A stretch of DNA of 64,000 nt from Planctomycetota bacterium. GTDB lineage: Bacteria > Planctomycetota > JAJSAM01 > JAJVHW01. A model generated the notes under the pieces. The model saw only the letters and a list, made by a program, of their open reading frames with translations. It had not been told where the DNA came from and did no database searches. A program made the position numbers and the translations under genes. The number at the start of each line of letters is the position of its first letter. Position 1 is the first letter of the stretch. The stretch spans positions 320,001 through 384,000 of the forward strand of contig CBDFJG010000003.1 of NCBI GenBank assembly GCA_965248445.1, in the 5' to 3' direction. Positions 46,678-56,876 of this stretch are shown here, piece after piece.

Positions 46678-47442
46678 CTAGTCGAAGATGTCCTCGAAGA
46701 TGTCCTCGAAGTCCTCGCCCAGGGCAGGCTTGCGCGGACGGCCAAGGAAGTCCTTCGCGAGCTCCTTCCCGAGCACGTCCTCGACCCGCTTCTTCACGCG
46801 ATTCTCGTACGTCGCGATCTTGCCGAGATTGGCGAATGCGCGGGTTGCGAACGTCTGCACCAGGCGTGCCTGCTCGTCCGGATCGTCCTTGGCGCGCTGG
46901 ACCACGTCCCGGATCTCCGCGATCCGCATGTCGCCGAAGAAGATCTGGAGCATCTCCTCCTCGGACTCGCGGAGCACGACGTCGAGCGTTGCTTCCTGGT
47001 TCGCCGAGAGGTGCATGTCGTCGGCGATCTCGCCGATCGACTTCGGCGGGTCGGGTGTGGCGAACCGGTTCTCGCCGGTGGCGACGCCGGCCAGACGCTC
47101 CGCCAGCAACTTGTCCACCTCGGCGCGGGACATGTAGGCCGTCCCGTCCGGCGACTGCATCGGCGTGTCGCCCTCGGCGGCCGGGGCACCGACGGCGGCA
47201 CGGGCTGCGGCCGCGTCCTGGCGCGCGGCCCGCGCCTCGTCGGTGGCGCGGTCGATCCGGCGCAGCGCGGTGTCCACCTTCGCATCCGACTCGCGGACGG
47301 ACGTGGACACGTCGGCCTCGAGGTCCTTCATTCGCTGGCTCGTCTCATGGCGGCCGTCGAGACCGAGGCTGAACACGATGAGACACGTCGCGAGGCTGGC
47401 GAGCACCGCGGCGACGATCGAGATCAGGATCTGCTTCCCCAT
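46678..47442 (-). CDS. membrane-anchored helical hypothetical protein
   Basis: SD GGAGG, N-terminal TM (ILISIVAAVLASLATCLIVFSL), coiled coil and an acidic FEDIFEDIFD tail. Confidence 0.75.
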   Translation of the reverse strand: MGKQILISIVAAVLASLATCLIVFSLGLDGRHETSQRMKDLEADVSTSVRESDAKVDTALRRIDRATDEARAARQDAAAARAAVGAPAAEGDTPMQSPDGTAYMSRAEVDKLLAERLAGVATGENRFATPDPPKSIGEIADDMHLSANQEATLDVVLRESEEEMLQIFFGDMRIAEIRDVVQRAKDDPDEQARLVQTFATRAFANLGKIATYENRVKKRVEDVLGKELAKDFLGRPRKPALGEDFEDIFEDIFD

Positions 47443-47530
47443 GCGCTCCCTCCGCGACCGCACGCGCGGCCTCTTACTGAGTTGGACGGGCGAGCATCCT
47501 CGGCAGCGCAGAGGATCCTATCGCGCAGCC

Positions 47531-47555
47531 TCGAACGAGTCAGCGGGCGAACCAG
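47531..47555 (-). promoter_or_regulatory. TGG-dyad-CTGAC motif, copy D
   Basis: Minus strand CTGGT-TCGCCCG-CTGACT-CGTTCGA; 17 nt identical to copy C. Confidence 0.5.
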
Positions 47556-47612
47556 CCCGTCCGGTCCGATCGTTCTTCCCGCCCCGGTACGATGATCGGC
47601 TCGGCCGCCGCG

Positions 47613-47693
47613 GGGAGAGTGGCGGAATGGCAGACGCGCGGGCCTTAGGAGTCCGTGGGGAAACCCGTGCGGGTTCGAGTCCCGCCTCTCCCA
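47613..47693 (+). tRNA. tRNA-Leu (anticodon TAG), CCA not encoded
   Basis: Acceptor GGGAGAG/CTCTCCC+A, D-arm TGGCGGAATGGCAGACGC, anticodon loop CTTAGGA, variable arm GGG-GAAA-CCC region, T-loop GGTTCGAGTCC. Confidence 0.95.
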
Positions 47694-47722
47694 GCCTTCG
47701 CCGCGGCCCGCGGCGAAGGCTG
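47692..47722 (+). terminator. hairpin after tRNA-Leu(TAG)
   Basis: CAGCCTTCGCCGCGG / CCGCGGCGAAGGCTG inverted repeat. Confidence 0.6.
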
Positions 47723-47752
47723 CGTGCAGTGTTGTTGGTTCGTCCGCGTTGT

Positions 47753-47779
47753 TTGGCTCGTCTTCTGACGAAGACGAGC
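47753..47779 (+). promoter_or_regulatory. TGG-dyad-CTGAC motif, copy E
   Basis: TTGGC-TCGTCTT-CTGACG-AAGACGA-GC, ~40 nt upstream of the operon starting at 47821. Confidence 0.5.
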
Positions 47780-47820
47780 GAGCCGGCTGAGATCGGTCAT
47801 CAATCAGGAGTGACCCGACG

Positions 47821-48417
47821 TTGTCCTCACGTACCCGACTGCTGGCCGCGAGCCTGGCACTCATCCTGGGCTTCCTGAGCGTGTACCTCGTCCGCGAGTA
47901 CATGCATACCGAGCAGGACTGGGAAGAGCAGATGGAGGGGGACTTCGAGACGGCGCTCTCGGTGCTCACCGGCATCCGGAGCGGCCGCCTGCCGCTCGAC
48001 ATGGCGGGAGAAGATGCGTTCTGGCGGCGGTGGGATCGCCGCATGGACCTCTACGACTCGGAGCATCGGGCAGAGTTGGGCGGGCACCTCGCGCTCTACT
48101 TGGAGTTCATCCAGGCCGAGTACGCGGACATGTCCGAGATCTACCGCAACGGCGATGGATCGAAGGCGGCCTCGGACGCCGCGGTAGCCGCGCGCGGATC
48201 CGTGTCGGAGCGCCTGGGTGAGGTGGGCCGGAAGCTCATCACAGACGCCGACGAACTGCGCGAGGACGCCTACAACGCGTCGCCTGTGCACTCGGGGCTC
48301 GATCCCGATCTCGTGGACTACATCATGGAGAACGAGGTCGTGAAGACCTGGGCTCCCGAGGCTCAGCGGCTCATCGCGCGCATGGTGGAGGAGCCGGATA
48401 AGCGGACCGGACGGTGA
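47821..48417 (+). CDS. membrane-anchored hypothetical protein
   Basis: SD AGGAG, TTG start, N-terminal TM; the stop overlaps the GT2 start. Confidence 0.7.
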   Translation: MSSRTRLLAASLALILGFLSVYLVREYMHTEQDWEEQMEGDFETALSVLTGIRSGRLPLDMAGEDAFWRRWDRRMDLYDSEHRAELGGHLALYLEFIQAEYADMSEIYRNGDGSKAASDAAVAARGSVSERLGEVGRKLITDADELREDAYNASPVHSGLDPDLVDYIMENEVVKTWAPEAQRLIARMVEEPDKRTGR

Positions 48418-49202
48418 CGCCGCCCGGGTACCTTCCCCCCGTGCTGGTCTCCGTGGTCGTGCCGATGATGGATGAGGAGGGTTCGCTCCCACTTCTCGCC
48501 GCCGAGCTGGACGCGCTGCGGCTATCGCTCGGCGCGCGCGGCGCCGTCCTCGAAGTCGTGCTCGTGGATGACGGATCCACGGACGGGACCGCCGCGGCCG
48601 CATGGGAGTTGGTGCGGCACCACACGTCCTGGCGCCTGCTCGCTCACGCGCAGAATCGTGGGTTCGGCGCCGGATTCCGCACCGGCGCACGCGCCGCGCG
48701 CGGCGACTTCATCGTCTCCTACGACGCGGACTGCGCGTACCCGGCGGCTGACGTGCACAAACTGCTCGGCCAACTGGAAGAAGGCGCCGACATCGCCTCT
48801 GCGACGCCGTTCGTGCCCGGCGGATCCGCGGCCCTCGGCGGGCTGCGTGTGCTGCTGTCGCGCGCGTGTTCGCTTGCCTATCGCGTCGCGCTGCGCGGAC
48901 GCGCCACGGACGTGCACACGTTCACCTGTGCGTTCCGCGCATATCGCGGTCCGGTGCTGCGACGCATCGACTGGGAGGCGGACGGGTTCCTCGCCGCGGC
49001 CGAGATCCTCTCGCGTGCGCTGCTCGCCGGTGCGCGCGTGACCGAGGTGCCGTCCACGCTGCGCGCGCGAACCGCCGGCCGCTCCAAGATGCGTGTCGCC
49101 GCGACGGCGGTCGCCCACCTCGGACTCCTCGTGCGCCTGCGCTTCGCGCGCGGGTCCACGCAGCAGCCGGCACCGGCGCGGGTTCACGGGAGCGCCGCCT
49201 GA
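48414..49202 (+). CDS. GT2 glycosyltransferase, polyprenol-phosphate glycosyl synthase (DPM1-like) type
   Basis: VSVVVP, VDDGSTDGT, NRGFGAG, DxD motif YDAD, TCAFRAY, EI and R..GRSKM. Confidence 0.88.
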   Translation: MTPPGYLPPVLVSVVVPMMDEEGSLPLLAAELDALRLSLGARGAVLEVVLVDDGSTDGTAAAAWELVRHHTSWRLLAHAQNRGFGAGFRTGARAARGDFIVSYDADCAYPAADVHKLLGQLEEGADIASATPFVPGGSAALGGLRVLLSRACSLAYRVALRGRATDVHTFTCAFRAYRGPVLRRIDWEADGFLAAAEILSRALLAGARVTEVPSTLRARTAGRSKMRVAATAVAHLGLLVRLRFARGSTQQPAPARVHGSAA

Positions 49203-49215
49203 GCGGTTACCGCGG

Positions 49216-51099
49216 ATGTGCGGCATCGCCGGATCGTGGACGAACGGCGCACGCGCTCCCGCGCGTGCGGCGTCACAGGTACGCGACATGCTCGCGGTGT
49301 TGCGTCATCGCGGTCCCGACGACTCTGGTGTCCACGATTCGGGCGGCGCCGTGATCGGCGCGGTCCGTCTCGCGGTGCTGGACCCCGAGCGCGGCGCGCA
49401 GCCGATGTCCACCCCCGACGGGCGCCACGTGCTGGTCTGGAACGGCGAGATCACCAACCACACCGCTCTTCGCGACGAATTGGCCCGCGCGGGCGTTGAA
49501 TTCCGGACGCGCTGCGACACGGAGGTCCTGCTCCATCTTCTGGCGCGCGAGGGTGTGGCCGGCCTGGCGCACGCGAACGGGATGTTCGCCGGCGCGTTGC
49601 TCGACACCGTCAGCGGCGAGCTGACTCTATTCCGCGACCCTTGCGGAATCAAACCGCTCTACGTGGCGATGGACGGACAGGACGTGCTGTTCGCGAGCGA
49701 GCCCCGCGGACTGCTCGCAGCGATGGGCCCGCGCCCGGCAGTCGACCGGCTCGCACTCCTGGACTACCTCTCGTACCAGCTCCCGCTTACCACACGGACG
49801 CTCTTCGAAGGCGTGGAGCGCGTGCCCCCGGGGACTGTGCTCTCGTTCGCAAGGGACCGCGCAGTGGTGACGAGCGCACTCCCGGCGTGGCCCGCGCCCG
49901 GGGCGATTCCCGGCACGCGCACCGAGGCGGCCGAGATGCTGGGCGGGATCCTCGCGAGCGCGGTGCGCGAGCACCTGCGCAGCGACGTCCCGGTGGGCGC
50001 ACACCTGTCCGGCGGGACCGACTCGTCCCTGGTCTGCGCGCTCGCCGCGCCGCACGTAGATGGTCCTCTGCAGGTGTTCACGGGTGCGTTCGACGAGGCG
50101 CGCTTCGATGAGCGGCGGCACGCCCGGGCGGTCGCTGCGGAGATCGGCGCGCGTCTGCACGAGGTGGTCATCAGCCCGGACGACTTGATGGAGTCGCTGC
50201 CTTCGGCGATCGGCGCCATGGACGAGCCGCTGGCCGGCCCGGGCCTTCTTGCGCAGTGGTGCGTGGCGCGCGCTGCGCGCGACCACGTCACTGTGGTGCT
50301 GGGCGGACAGGGCGGGGACGAGCTCTTCGGTGGGTACGTGCGGCACCTGGTCCTGCGGCTCGGCGCGGTGCTCGCCGACCTCGTGCACGGCGGCGACACG
50401 CTCTCGATTCGCGATCTGGCGCCACACCTCGGTGCGCTGGACGGCTACGGACCGCTGCTGCGCCGCACCCTTTCCGGGGGGCTGACACAGCCGGCGCCGG
50501 ATCGGTACTTCTCTCTCCTGTTCCGCGGGGCCGGACTGGACAGTCTGATCAGTGGAGACCTCGCCGAGGCGCTGCGTGCGCACGACGCGCGCGGGCGCTT
50601 CCTCGCAGCGTTCGGGGAGTGCGCCTCGGGACGCGAGGGCACGACGGCGCGCGTCGCCGATGCCATGCGCTTTGACCGGCGGCACGTGCTGCCCGCCCTG
50701 CTCGAGGTCGAGGACCGCACGAGCATGGCGTTCTCGCTCGAGAGCCGCGTCCCGCTGCTCGATCGGCGGGTACTGGCGTTCGTGGACGCGCTGCCCGATG
50801 AATGGCTGGTGGGCGACGGCGAGCCGAAGGGAGTTCTGCGGGCGGCAGCCGGTGAACGGCTGCCTGCCGCCGCGCGCACGCGACGGGACAAGATGGGCTT
50901 TCCGGTTCCGCTCGCGAACTGGGCGCGCGGTCCCCTTCGCGCGCCGCTGCGCGACCTGCTGCTCGGCGGCGCTTTGCGTGAACGCGGATTCGTGCAGGCG
51001 GATGCCGTGGACCGCATGCTCGACGGCGCGTCCGTCGAGGCCCGTCATCTCTGGGCGCTGCTGAATCTCGAGTTGTGGCACCGGAGGCACGCCGCGTGA
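49216..51099 (+). CDS. asnB: asparagine synthase-like glutamine amidotransferase (AsnB/LtsA/WbpS type)
   Basis: N-terminal MCGIAG, HRGPD, NGEI, DTEV, RD..GIKPLY, PP-loop LSGGTDSS, GQGGDELFGGY, DR.SMAFSLESRVP and KMGF. Confidence 0.9.
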   Translation: MCGIAGSWTNGARAPARAASQVRDMLAVLRHRGPDDSGVHDSGGAVIGAVRLAVLDPERGAQPMSTPDGRHVLVWNGEITNHTALRDELARAGVEFRTRCDTEVLLHLLAREGVAGLAHANGMFAGALLDTVSGELTLFRDPCGIKPLYVAMDGQDVLFASEPRGLLAAMGPRPAVDRLALLDYLSYQLPLTTRTLFEGVERVPPGTVLSFARDRAVVTSALPAWPAPGAIPGTRTEAAEMLGGILASAVREHLRSDVPVGAHLSGGTDSSLVCALAAPHVDGPLQVFTGAFDEARFDERRHARAVAAEIGARLHEVVISPDDLMESLPSAIGAMDEPLAGPGLLAQWCVARAARDHVTVVLGGQGGDELFGGYVRHLVLRLGAVLADLVHGGDTLSIRDLAPHLGALDGYGPLLRRTLSGGLTQPAPDRYFSLLFRGAGLDSLISGDLAEALRAHDARGRFLAAFGECASGREGTTARVADAMRFDRRHVLPALLEVEDRTSMAFSLESRVPLLDRRVLAFVDALPDEWLVGDGEPKGVLRAAAGERLPAAARTRRDKMGFPVPLANWARGPLRAPLRDLLLGGALRERGFVQADAVDRMLDGASVEARHLWALLNLELWHRRHAA

Positions 51100-54000
51100 C
51101 TGGCTCGGCAGAGACGGGCGAGCCGGGCGAACCGCAGCCGGGACGGGTGCGGGGCGCGCCTCTGATTGCGGCGGCCGCGGCCCTTCTCCTGTACGTCGTC
51201 GTCCCCCTGATCTCGCTCGGCCGGACGTGGGGACTGACCAACTACGACGATCCGTTCGTCGCGAGCGCCGACAACCCAGCCATCGGAGAGGGATGGGGCG
51301 GCTTCTGGTCGATCCTCCCGCCGTGGGGCGAGGCGTTCATGCACGCCTGGCTGCCGCTCTACTACGGCAGCCTCGGACTCGACAACGCGCTCTTCGGTGA
51401 CGCTTTCGTGTGGTGGCACGTGCACTCGGCCGTGCTCTGGGCGGTAGCCGCCGGGCTCGTGGTGCTCGTTGCGCGCGCGCTGGGCTTGCGCGGGTTCGCG
51501 CCGCTCACGGCGGGCATCGTGCTGGCCGTCCATCCGGTGGGTGTCGAGTCCGTCGCGTGGATCGCCAGTCGGAAGGAGCAACTCTCTCTCGTCTGGTCGC
51601 TGGTCGCCGTGCTCGCATACCTGCGGGCGTCTGAACGGCGCGACACGGTCCTGCACGCGGCCGGGTGTGTGGCGCTCGCTCTCGCGCTGACGGCCAAGGC
51701 AAGCGCACTCGTCGTCCCGCTTCTGCTAGTGCTGCACGCGTTGACGGTCGGCGGGGGCAAGGGCGCGCGGCGCCTGCTGCCGGCGGCGCCCTACGCGGCC
51801 GTCGCACTCGTCATGGGCATCCTGCACTGGCGCGTCGCGAGCGGCGAGGGCACGGTCGGTGCCGGCACCGGCGCGACGCTGCTGGAACTGCTGTACGCCG
51901 ATCTCGAGGTCACGTGGCTGGCGGCACGGTCGCTCTTCATCCCGTGGGCGAAGTGGCTGTCCGTCGAACACGACCTCAGCCCATTCTCGGTGCACACCGG
52001 ACGCGCAACGCTGGGAGCGGGGCTGGCCGTTGCGGCGATCGTCGTGGCGTGGCGGATGCGCAGGCGCCCGTGGGTCGTTCTCGCCGTGCTCGCGCTGCCG
52101 GTCGCGTACGCGCCGTTCAACAACGTGCTCCCACGCACGAGCGTTCTGTTCGCCGAGCGCTATCTGACAATTCCTCTCGCGGTGACGGCCCTGATCGCCG
52201 GCGCCGTTGCTGCGCGGCATCTCCGACGTTGGGCGCCGTTCGCCGCCGCCGCACTACTCGGCGCGCTGGCGACGACCCGCGTCCCCGCGTGGTACGACGC
52301 CGTGTCATTGTGGCGAGAGGCGGAGCGCGTGTCGCCGACGAGCGCGCTCGTGCAGATGCAACTGGCGGACGCTTACGGCACACGGGCGAGGACCGAGGCC
52401 GGCCCGGATGCTGCACGGGACCCTGATGCTGCGCGGGACCTGCGGCGGGCCGAGAACTCTTGGCGCTCGGCGCGCGAGTCGGCCCGCCGAGACGTCGACG
52501 ATGTGACGGCATCGCGCGGCGAGACGCCGTTCGTCCTGTCGATCCGTCGGGTGCAGGCGGAGACGGGACTTGCCGGCCATCTGCTCGCGACGGCGGGCGG
52601 GCACGAGGACCCGGCGGCCCGCGTGCACGACGCGATCGGCTATCTGGACTCCGCGGAGCGGGGTCTGGCTGCGCTGCCCGGGGCGCACGGCCGGGGCGAA
52701 CGGTTGGGGCTCGTGCTCTCGAACCGCGCCGCCGCGCGCGAGGCGCTCGGTGAACACGACGCGGCACTCGCCGATTGGCGTCGCGCAGCCCGTCTCGACA
52801 CCGACGCGTGGCTTCCGATGAACGCTGTCGCGCGCGTGCAACTGCTCCTGCGTCGCCCGTCGGAGGCACTCGCTGCGCTGGCCGAGGCGCGGGCCCGCGC
52901 GCCGGACGTGCCCGCCGCAGCCGCCGAGCGCGCCCGTCTCATGTTGGCGATCGGCGAACCGGCCGCAGCGAAGGCCGAACTGGCCCCGGCCCTGGCCGCG
53001 CATCCCGACGACGCCGACCTGTTGATCGCGTCGGCGCGACTTGACCTGATGCTGATGCGCCCACTCTCTGCCGAGGAGGGCTTTCGCAAGGCGCTCGCGA
53101 TCCGGCCGGACGATCAGGCGCTGCGCAACGAACTGGCCGGCTCGCTCATCCAGCAGGCGCAGGCGTACGCCGCGCGGGACGACGTTGATGGCGCCCGGGA
53201 CGCGGCGCGCCGTGCGGCGGACATCGCACCCGGGTCGTCGGCGCCGGATCAGATCCTCGGCATCACGGCACGGCGGCGCGGCGACCTGGACGGGGCGATC
53301 GAGCACTTCCGCAACGCTTACGATCTGCAACCACAGGGCATCCGGATCCGCGAAGCGCTCGCGTCGGTGCTCGCCGAGCGCGCCGCCGTGCTGATTCGCG
53401 AGGAGCGTGAGGCCGCCGCCCAGGTATTGCTCGAAGAGGCCGTCGCAACCGGGTCGGAGACACTCGCTACGCCGGCCGTGCGGCTGCGTTACGGCGTGTC
53501 GGGCTGGCCGCCCCTCACTGACTCTTCTGGCGGCCGGGAACTCGTCGTCCGGCGGGCGGCCACTGCGGGGCTCGCGTTTCTCGCGGCCGGGGATCCCGAC
53601 CGCGCGTTGCTCGAACTGCGCGTGGGGGACGCGGGGGCCGAACGCTCGGACACGGATCTCCTCAGCGTGATCCTGCCGCTGATGGCGCGTGCCGCGTATC
53701 TCGCCGGCGACGAGGCGGGTGCCATGGAGGCTATCGCCCGGCTGCCGCAGGTTGCTGACCGGCATGCCGGGATGACGCGATGGGAGGCACTCGATCAGCA
53801 GTGCGAGTTGAGCATCGAGATCGGGATTGCCCGCCGCGGTCGCGGGGAACGGGAAGCGTCGGACGAGGCGCTCGAGCACGCGCGCAGCGTCCTCGGGTAC
53901 GCCGCGGAGGCGGGTCTGCCACGCGGTCGTGCGGCGCAGCGTCGCGGAGAGATCCTGTTCGCCGAGGAGGAGTTCCTCGGCGCGACCCGCGCGTTCGACG

Positions 54001-55088
54001 AGGCCGTCGAGAACGCACCGGCGAACCCCGAGCCGCTTCTGAATCGCGCAGCAGTGTGGCGCTCGCTCTTCGCGATCGAGCAGGACAGGTCCTACCTGGA
54101 CGGCTCCGAGGAGGACCTGCGACAGGCGCTGACGATCGCCCCGTCGGACGGTCGGATCATGTCCGCGCTCGGCGAGACGCTGCTGCTGGGGCAGCGGGCC
54201 GGCGAGGCCTTCCCGTGGCTCTCCCGCGCCGTGCTCGCGGATCCCTCACAGCGCAGCGCACGCGCGCAGCTCGCGCTGTTGCTCGTGCGCGCCGGACGCG
54301 CGAACCTCGAACGCCGCGCCGAGAGCGGAGACGAATCGGAGCTGCAGGCGGCCCAGGACGCAGCGGATCGTGCAGTGGCACTCGACGTGCCGGATCCGGG
54401 GCCGCTGACGCTGCTCGCTGAGGTGCGGCGCGCTGCGGGCGACTGGGACGGGGCGCGCCTGTCCTTTGAAGAGGCGGCGCGGGCGTTCCCGAACCGGAGC
54501 GAAGCGCACGACGCGCTCGCGTCGTTCTACCGCGACCTGGGCCACGGCTTCCTGCTCAAGGGCGACGAGCGACGCGCCATCGAGTGGTTCCGTGAGGCGC
54601 TCGCCGTCGAGGGCGTCGCGGAGGCGGATCTCTCGGGCATCGAGGACCGTCTGCACGGCATCGCGGTTGGCTCGTTCACCCGGGGCCGAGATGCGCTGCA
54701 GGCGAAGAAGCCCGCCGACGCCGTGGTCGAGTTCGGGCTCTCCGCCCGCGCAGAAGAGACGCCGGAGACGCACTATCTCCTCGGCATCGCGCTGGCGGCC
54801 GCGGCCGGGGAGGACGACGCGGAGTCACTGCGCGAAGCGGCCGACTCCGGCCGCCGGGCGCTGCAGTTGGATGCGGACCTCCAGCCGGCGCGGCTGGCTC
54901 TCGCGGACGTGCTCGCGCGTCTCGGTCGACCGGGCGAGGCGGCCATCGAATTGGGCGAGTGGCTGACGCGGGCCGACGCGGAAGATGAACGTCTCCCGGC
55001 GGTGAGGCGGCGGAAAGAGACCCTCGAGGAACTCGAGAACGAGATCTCCCGCGAGATCGAGGAGAGGCTCGGCGGCGAGCCGGAGTGA
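51096..55088 (+). CDS. TMTC-like GT-C membrane glycosyltransferase with a long C-terminal TPR array
   Basis: TM1 followed by NYDD, then LDNALFG..WHVHS, AVHPVGVESVAWIASRKE, K motif and FAERYLTIP across about 11 TMs, then ~900 aa of TPR-like helices. Confidence 0.8.
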   Translation: MTGSAETGEPGEPQPGRVRGAPLIAAAAALLLYVVVPLISLGRTWGLTNYDDPFVASADNPAIGEGWGGFWSILPPWGEAFMHAWLPLYYGSLGLDNALFGDAFVWWHVHSAVLWAVAAGLVVLVARALGLRGFAPLTAGIVLAVHPVGVESVAWIASRKEQLSLVWSLVAVLAYLRASERRDTVLHAAGCVALALALTAKASALVVPLLLVLHALTVGGGKGARRLLPAAPYAAVALVMGILHWRVASGEGTVGAGTGATLLELLYADLEVTWLAARSLFIPWAKWLSVEHDLSPFSVHTGRATLGAGLAVAAIVVAWRMRRRPWVVLAVLALPVAYAPFNNVLPRTSVLFAERYLTIPLAVTALIAGAVAARHLRRWAPFAAAALLGALATTRVPAWYDAVSLWREAERVSPTSALVQMQLADAYGTRARTEAGPDAARDPDAARDLRRAENSWRSARESARRDVDDVTASRGETPFVLSIRRVQAETGLAGHLLATAGGHEDPAARVHDAIGYLDSAERGLAALPGAHGRGERLGLVLSNRAAAREALGEHDAALADWRRAARLDTDAWLPMNAVARVQLLLRRPSEALAALAEARARAPDVPAAAAERARLMLAIGEPAAAKAELAPALAAHPDDADLLIASARLDLMLMRPLSAEEGFRKALAIRPDDQALRNELAGSLIQQAQAYAARDDVDGARDAARRAADIAPGSSAPDQILGITARRRGDLDGAIEHFRNAYDLQPQGIRIREALASVLAERAAVLIREEREAAAQVLLEEAVATGSETLATPAVRLRYGVSGWPPLTDSSGGRELVVRRAATAGLAFLAAGDPDRALLELRVGDAGAERSDTDLLSVILPLMARAAYLAGDEAGAMEAIARLPQVADRHAGMTRWEALDQQCELSIEIGIARRGRGEREASDEALEHARSVLGYAAEAGLPRGRAAQRRGEILFAEEEFLGATRAFDEAVENAPANPEPLLNRAAVWRSLFAIEQDRSYLDGSEEDLRQALTIAPSDGRIMSALGETLLLGQRAGEAFPWLSRAVLADPSQRSARAQLALLLVRAGRANLERRAESGDESELQAAQDAADRAVALDVPDPGPLTLLAEVRRAAGDWDGARLSFEEAARAFPNRSEAHDALASFYRDLGHGFLLKGDERRAIEWFREALAVEGVAEADLSGIEDRLHGIAVGSFTRGRDALQAKKPADAVVEFGLSARAEETPETHYLLGIALAAAAGEDDAESLREAADSGRRALQLDADLQPARLALADVLARLGRPGEAAIELGEWLTRADAEDERLPAVRRRKETLEELENEISREIEERLGGEPE

Positions 55089-55157
55089 CCGCTCTCTTTC
55101 GAGGTCTCACGAGTGGCACCACCCGCACGTCGGGCGCTTTCGCCTAGAATCGTGGAC

Positions 55158-56876
55158 ATGTCGAAGAGTTCCCGACTCGCGGGGTTGCGGGGGTTCGTCG
55201 ACCGGGCCCAGGACACGGAGGACTCTCCTCTTCGTTCCGAGGACGGTCGGCGCCGCCTGGTCCTGGACGATCTGGACGACGGCCCCTCGGAGCTGCCGGA
55301 CCTGGGCCGCGAGGCGCGCGCCCTACGCCGCGTGCTCGCCACGTCCCGCCGCCTCGCGCGTGCCGCGGACGAAGACGAACTCATGGCGGACCTCCTGGAC
55401 GCAGCGCTCCTGCTGCTCGGCGGAGACCGCGCCGCACTCGTGCGCGTAGACGGCGAGACCGTGGCGGTCGAACGCGCGCGGGACGCGTCCGGCGACGCCA
55501 CGGCCTCCGTCAACGGCGGGCTGCCGCTGGCACACGCGCGGACCGCCGGAACCGCCGGGCGCCCGTCGAGCGGCGAGGAGGAGGTCGAGGGCGGCGCGGA
55601 GCGCTCGGTCGTGGCCGCGCCGGCGCCGGCGCCGCTCGACGGTGTGCTCGTCGTCGATGCGCCGCCGGATCCCGGCATCTTCGGTCCGCTCGAAGGGGAC
55701 CTGCTCCGCACCCTGGCCGAGCAGGGCGCCTTGGCGCTGGCCCGCGTCCGACTCACCCGTCACGCCGAGCGCCAGACGCGCGATCTCGCCGAGGCCGATG
55801 CGCGCGCGGCGCGACTGAACCGCAGGCTGGCTGATCTGCTCGAACGCAGGACCAGCGAACTTCGGGAGACGCGCGAGCGCCTGGCGCGCATCGACGCGAC
55901 GGAGGGGTTCGCCGACCGCTACAGCGAGATCGTCGGACGCGGTCCGGCGATGCTCGCGCTGCTGCGGCAGGTGGATCGCATCGCCGCCACCACCGTTCCG
56001 GTTCTGTTCGAAGGCGAGAGCGGCTCGGGCAAGGAGGTCATCGCCCAGGCCGTGCAAGGCGCCGGCGACCGTGCGGGCGAGCCGTTCGTCACGGAGAACT
56101 GCGGCGCGCTGCCGGAGTCGTTGCTCGAGAACGAGTTGTTCGGGCACGAACGGGGCGCGTTCACCGGCGCCGAGACCACCACGGCCGGTCTGTTCGAGCG
56201 CGCGGACGGCGGGACTCTCTTCCTCGACGAAGTCGGCGAGATGAGCCCCAAGCTCCAGACGCGGCTGCTCCGCGTGCTGCAGGAGGGCGAGGTCCGCCGC
56301 GTCGGCGGCGACACCGTCCGCAAGGTGGACGTGCGGCTCCTGACCGCCACGAATCGCGACCTCCGTAAAATGGTCCGCGAGGGCACGTTTCGCGAGGACC
56401 TGTTCTACCGGCTCGCGGTGGTCACGATTCGCGTGCCGTCCCTGCGCGAGCGCAGGGAGGACATCCCGGCGCTGGTGGGGCACTTCGCCGAGCGATTCAG
56501 CGAGAGCGGGCTGCCACTCCGTGTGACCGACGACGCGCTGGACGCGCTCGTGCGCTACGACTGGCCCGGGAACGTCCGGCAACTGCAGAACGAGTTGCGC
56601 CGCTCCGCGGCTCTGTCCCGCGGCGAGATCGACGTCGACAGCCTCTCGAACGAGGTGCGTGAGTGCCGCCCGGAGATCGACGACGTCGTGAGCGATCCGA
56701 TTCGTTACCTGGATGGGCGCGACTTGCGATCACTCGTGGAAGAGGTCGAGAAGCGCGTTCTGCGAGCCGTGCTCGGCCGCGAGAACGGGAACATCACGCA
56801 CGCGGCTCGGTCGCTCGGGCTCTCACGCCTGGGACTGCGCAAGAAGTTGCGCCGATACGGACTGTACGAGGGGTGA
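55158..56876 (+). CDS. sigma54-dependent transcriptional activator (degenerate GAF - coiled coil - AAA+ - Fis HTH)
   Basis: GESGSGKE, ELFGHERGAFTGA, FLDEV, FREDLFYRL, WPGNVRQL and NITHAARSLGLSR. Confidence 0.95.
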   Translation: MSKSSRLAGLRGFVDRAQDTEDSPLRSEDGRRRLVLDDLDDGPSELPDLGREARALRRVLATSRRLARAADEDELMADLLDAALLLLGGDRAALVRVDGETVAVERARDASGDATASVNGGLPLAHARTAGTAGRPSSGEEEVEGGAERSVVAAPAPAPLDGVLVVDAPPDPGIFGPLEGDLLRTLAEQGALALARVRLTRHAERQTRDLAEADARAARLNRRLADLLERRTSELRETRERLARIDATEGFADRYSEIVGRGPAMLALLRQVDRIAATTVPVLFEGESGSGKEVIAQAVQGAGDRAGEPFVTENCGALPESLLENELFGHERGAFTGAETTTAGLFERADGGTLFLDEVGEMSPKLQTRLLRVLQEGEVRRVGGDTVRKVDVRLLTATNRDLRKMVREGTFREDLFYRLAVVTIRVPSLRERREDIPALVGHFAERFSESGLPLRVTDDALDALVRYDWPGNVRQLQNELRRSAALSRGEIDVDSLSNEVRECRPEIDDVVSDPIRYLDGRDLRSLVEEVEKRVLRAVLGRENGNITHAARSLGLSRLGLRKKLRRYGLYEG

